Shown one piece after another: positions 61,261-64,000 of a stretch of 64,000 nucleotides of DNA (position 1 is the first letter of the stretch; every line of letters starts with the position of its first letter). Origin of the DNA: Podarcis bocagei (taxonomy: Eukaryota); the NCBI GenBank assembly GCA_964188305.1, contig OZ076892.1. One strand, written 5' to 3'. The position numbers and the translations under genes were made by a program. The notes under the pieces were generated by a model. The model did not search any database. It saw only the letters and a list, made by a program, of their open reading frames with translations, and was not told the DNA's origin.

Positions 61261-62840
61261 ATCATATTAAAAACCAACATGCTGAACCACAAAACCAGGA
61301 TTCCACCTAAAGTTGATGTCTCGGTCGCAAAATTTGGGTTTATGCATGTGAGGTGTTTTCTTTCAACACGTAAGTCCTGTAGAAACACATTAAATACTCA
61401 CACTGGTGGTAGATGGGGTAGACTATGATCTGCTGTTCCACCCCCACCCCCCGTAATGTATAAGGAGGTACATTTGTTAGGAGTGGCCCATTGTAAAGAT
61501 GCTGTGTGCAGTTCTCTGACCATAATTAGATTCACAAATGCTTCAGCCTAGTTTCAAGGTGAGAACGCATTAACTGCTGTGCATTTTTCACCTCATTATA
61601 TTTTATGGAGTAAACCGCTCTCTGACCTAACTGCACAATGTTTACAAGGATTTCCCTAATCTTGCAACACATATAATAATTACGTTACACTCATGTAATT
61701 TTCACACCAAGGTCAGATGTAGCTTAGAAATCCTGCCAACCTTGCTTAGCCAAAAAAGCTACTCAAGACCATTAGGTCTACAATCTTATCCTTATTTACC
61801 TGGATGGAAGTCCTAATGAACTCAGTGAGGCTTACTTCCAAGTAATGGAATGTCCTCCCATCAGATGTCAAGGAGATTAAGAACTACACAACTTTTAGAA
61901 GACATCTGTAGGCAGATTTTTAACGTTTGTCGTTTTTAACGTTTTTAACGTTTGTCGTTTTATTATGCTTTTATATTCTGCTGGAAGCAGCCTAGAGTGG
62001 CTGGGGAAACCTAGCCAGATGGGCAGGGTATAAATAATAAAATTATGATGATTATTAAACAGTTTTAAGATTGGGCTGAGAGTAAATGTATTTTTCTTAC
62101 AAATTCTATGTACTCAGAAGCATGTCCTATTGACTTCAATGGGACACACTCCCAAGTAAGTGCATATAGGATTGCAGTCTTAGGCAATCGTTCTGTGGCA
62201 GTGTAGTAGTACCTCCAGCAAATAACTTTTAAAATCCATAGAAATAGTACCCTGAAATGCATTATTTTAAGAGAAATCATGTACATATTAGGAGAAATGC
62301 ACAAATGTGTATGAAGTTTTGTGTGGATCTTCTTCAATAAAAGATAAATAAAATAAAACTGAAAAAAGGAGAAACGTGTTTGTTTGTTTGTTTATTGTAT
62401 TGTATTCATTGCATGTATATCCCGCCCTTTTCTCCAAGGAGCTCAAGTTGGTGCACATGGTTCTCCCTCTCATTTAATCCCCACAACTCTGTGAGCTTGG
62501 TTACGCTGAGAGGCAGGTAATGCCCCAAAAGTCACACGGTGAACCCTGGTCTCCCGGGTCCTAGTCTGATACTCCAACCACCACACATTGGCTCTCACAC
62601 ACAAAAATGAGAGAAACCAAGATTGACAGGCTCTTCCATCCCTAACAGAATCTGGTCTAAGAGACCTAGTGTGGAATGGTAGATAGCGTAAAAACGTTAG
62701 GCTCAAATCAATAACAACCCCACCTTTGGCAAATGTTGGAATCAGGCCTAAGGTAGATCAGGAAGAAAGCAGTGAGGGGATGTGAGATAGGAAAAGATGG
62801 AAGGGGAGAGGGAGAGAGAGGGAGAAAGAGGGAGAAAGAA

Positions 62841-62871
<31 letters not shown>

Positions 62872-64000
62872 CCTGGTAAGTTGAAGCCTCAAGGCTGGCA
62901 AACTCTGTATGCTCTATTCCAAGTCTGAAGTCCAATTATTAACAACCATATGAAGCTAATTACAAGGCAGCTGTCAAGCTCCCTAAAAGCCTCTCGTGAT
63001 ATATAACGAGTTCATTTCTGCATGGCACAAGGAATGATGTGAAGTAATATTAGCCAAGTTTTGCAGTTATATCCACATTACAGTGTGGAAAGTTATCTCC
63101 CTCTCACGCCAAAAAGACCATAAATGGCATTTTTTCCTTCTTCTCAGTCTTCTCACCCTGGACATTAATGACACTGTTTCAAGTACAGCGGCTGGATGCT
63201 AATTTTATAATTTGCCATCACATTAATTATGCTCCTGAGTACACGCCACAATCATTTCAAAAGAAGCCTGTTGAAGATCTGAACTTGGAAGTGAAAAAAG
63301 AAAAAATGAAGGGGGGGGCGGGAGACCCAAAACACCACAAAAGAGGTATCTCAAGAAAACCATCAAAGTAGCATTACGTTTAGAAGGATCTTAAACAGAG
63401 GACTGCCGATCTCTAAAGAGTTTCCTTCTAAGATGGAGATTTGAGTACTTTTCATGGAGAATTTGTTATTACAAAAGCAAGTGCTTGAGTTAAAAGCGGG
63501 GGGGGGGGAGCTTACACTCTTTTCCTTTAGGATTTTTTGGTCATTTGAGAGTACAGATGACATTTTGCCCCATGCATAACTTGTACTCTGTCTTATGTTC
63601 CAGTTACTGATTTGGATACACAAAGAGCCTTTCCCTCCCTAAGGCTCTAAAGAAAAAGTGGCAATCAACAGTCCAGAATGCCTAACAGTAGAGAGGGTCA
63701 CAACTCAACTCATTAAAAGAACACATGGGAGTGGCGGAGTGCTAGGCCAATTGGGCTAGCCCCATTTCACCGTGGGCAGCTACCACACCCACCAGGTGTA
63801 GCTGCTATGCCCATGAACCAATCTGTCCCCTCCTTCTCCAGTTTGCTTGGCAGAAGTCTCTTTCTGCTTGTTTTTACTAGGCTGCCAAGAGGTTAGAAAC
63901 CTTTGTTCCATGGTCAGCATGGAAACACAGGCTACATTATATTTTATCATCATCATTACAGGCTAGTAAATGTTGTTGACCGCTGGGAGGAGCACAGAAA

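Noticed and set aside
1-64000. CRISPR arrays, operons or other prokaryotic systems
   Set aside because: The sequence is spliced vertebrate DNA and has no regularly spaced repeat-spacer array.

Overview
This is vertebrate genomic DNA, most likely from a squamate and probably a lacertid lizard, inferred from Sauria SINEs, BovB/RTE LINEs and squamate CR1/L2 relics. The only host protein-coding gene I can support is NKD1 (naked cuticle homolog 1, a Wnt antagonist) on the minus strand. Its last four coding exons lie at 58899-58752, 58219-58135, 53833-53703 and 53081-52507, and a candidate ~8-kb 3' UTR ends near 44370. The rest (about 1-44 kb) is repeat-rich downstream DNA: a young Ty3/Gypsy LTR retrotransposon with an internal deletion, a BovB fragment (a second lies in an NKD1 intron), SINEs, Tc1/mariner and hAT MITEs, CR1/L2 relics, microsatellites and one 180-N gap. 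The most unusual observations are: (1) an inverted ~410-bp duplicate of NKD1 exon 7 plus its intron flanks, 13 kb past the stop codon, with a dead splice acceptor; (2) a 948-bp hAT-type element carrying a CpG-island-like cargo (Pack-TIR candidate); (3) a 76-bp templated insertion with a snap-back hairpin, the two copies bracketing exons 7-8; (4) an inverted pair of optimal TCF/LEF sites. Exon numbers follow human NKD1 by analogy, from memory. No database search was run.
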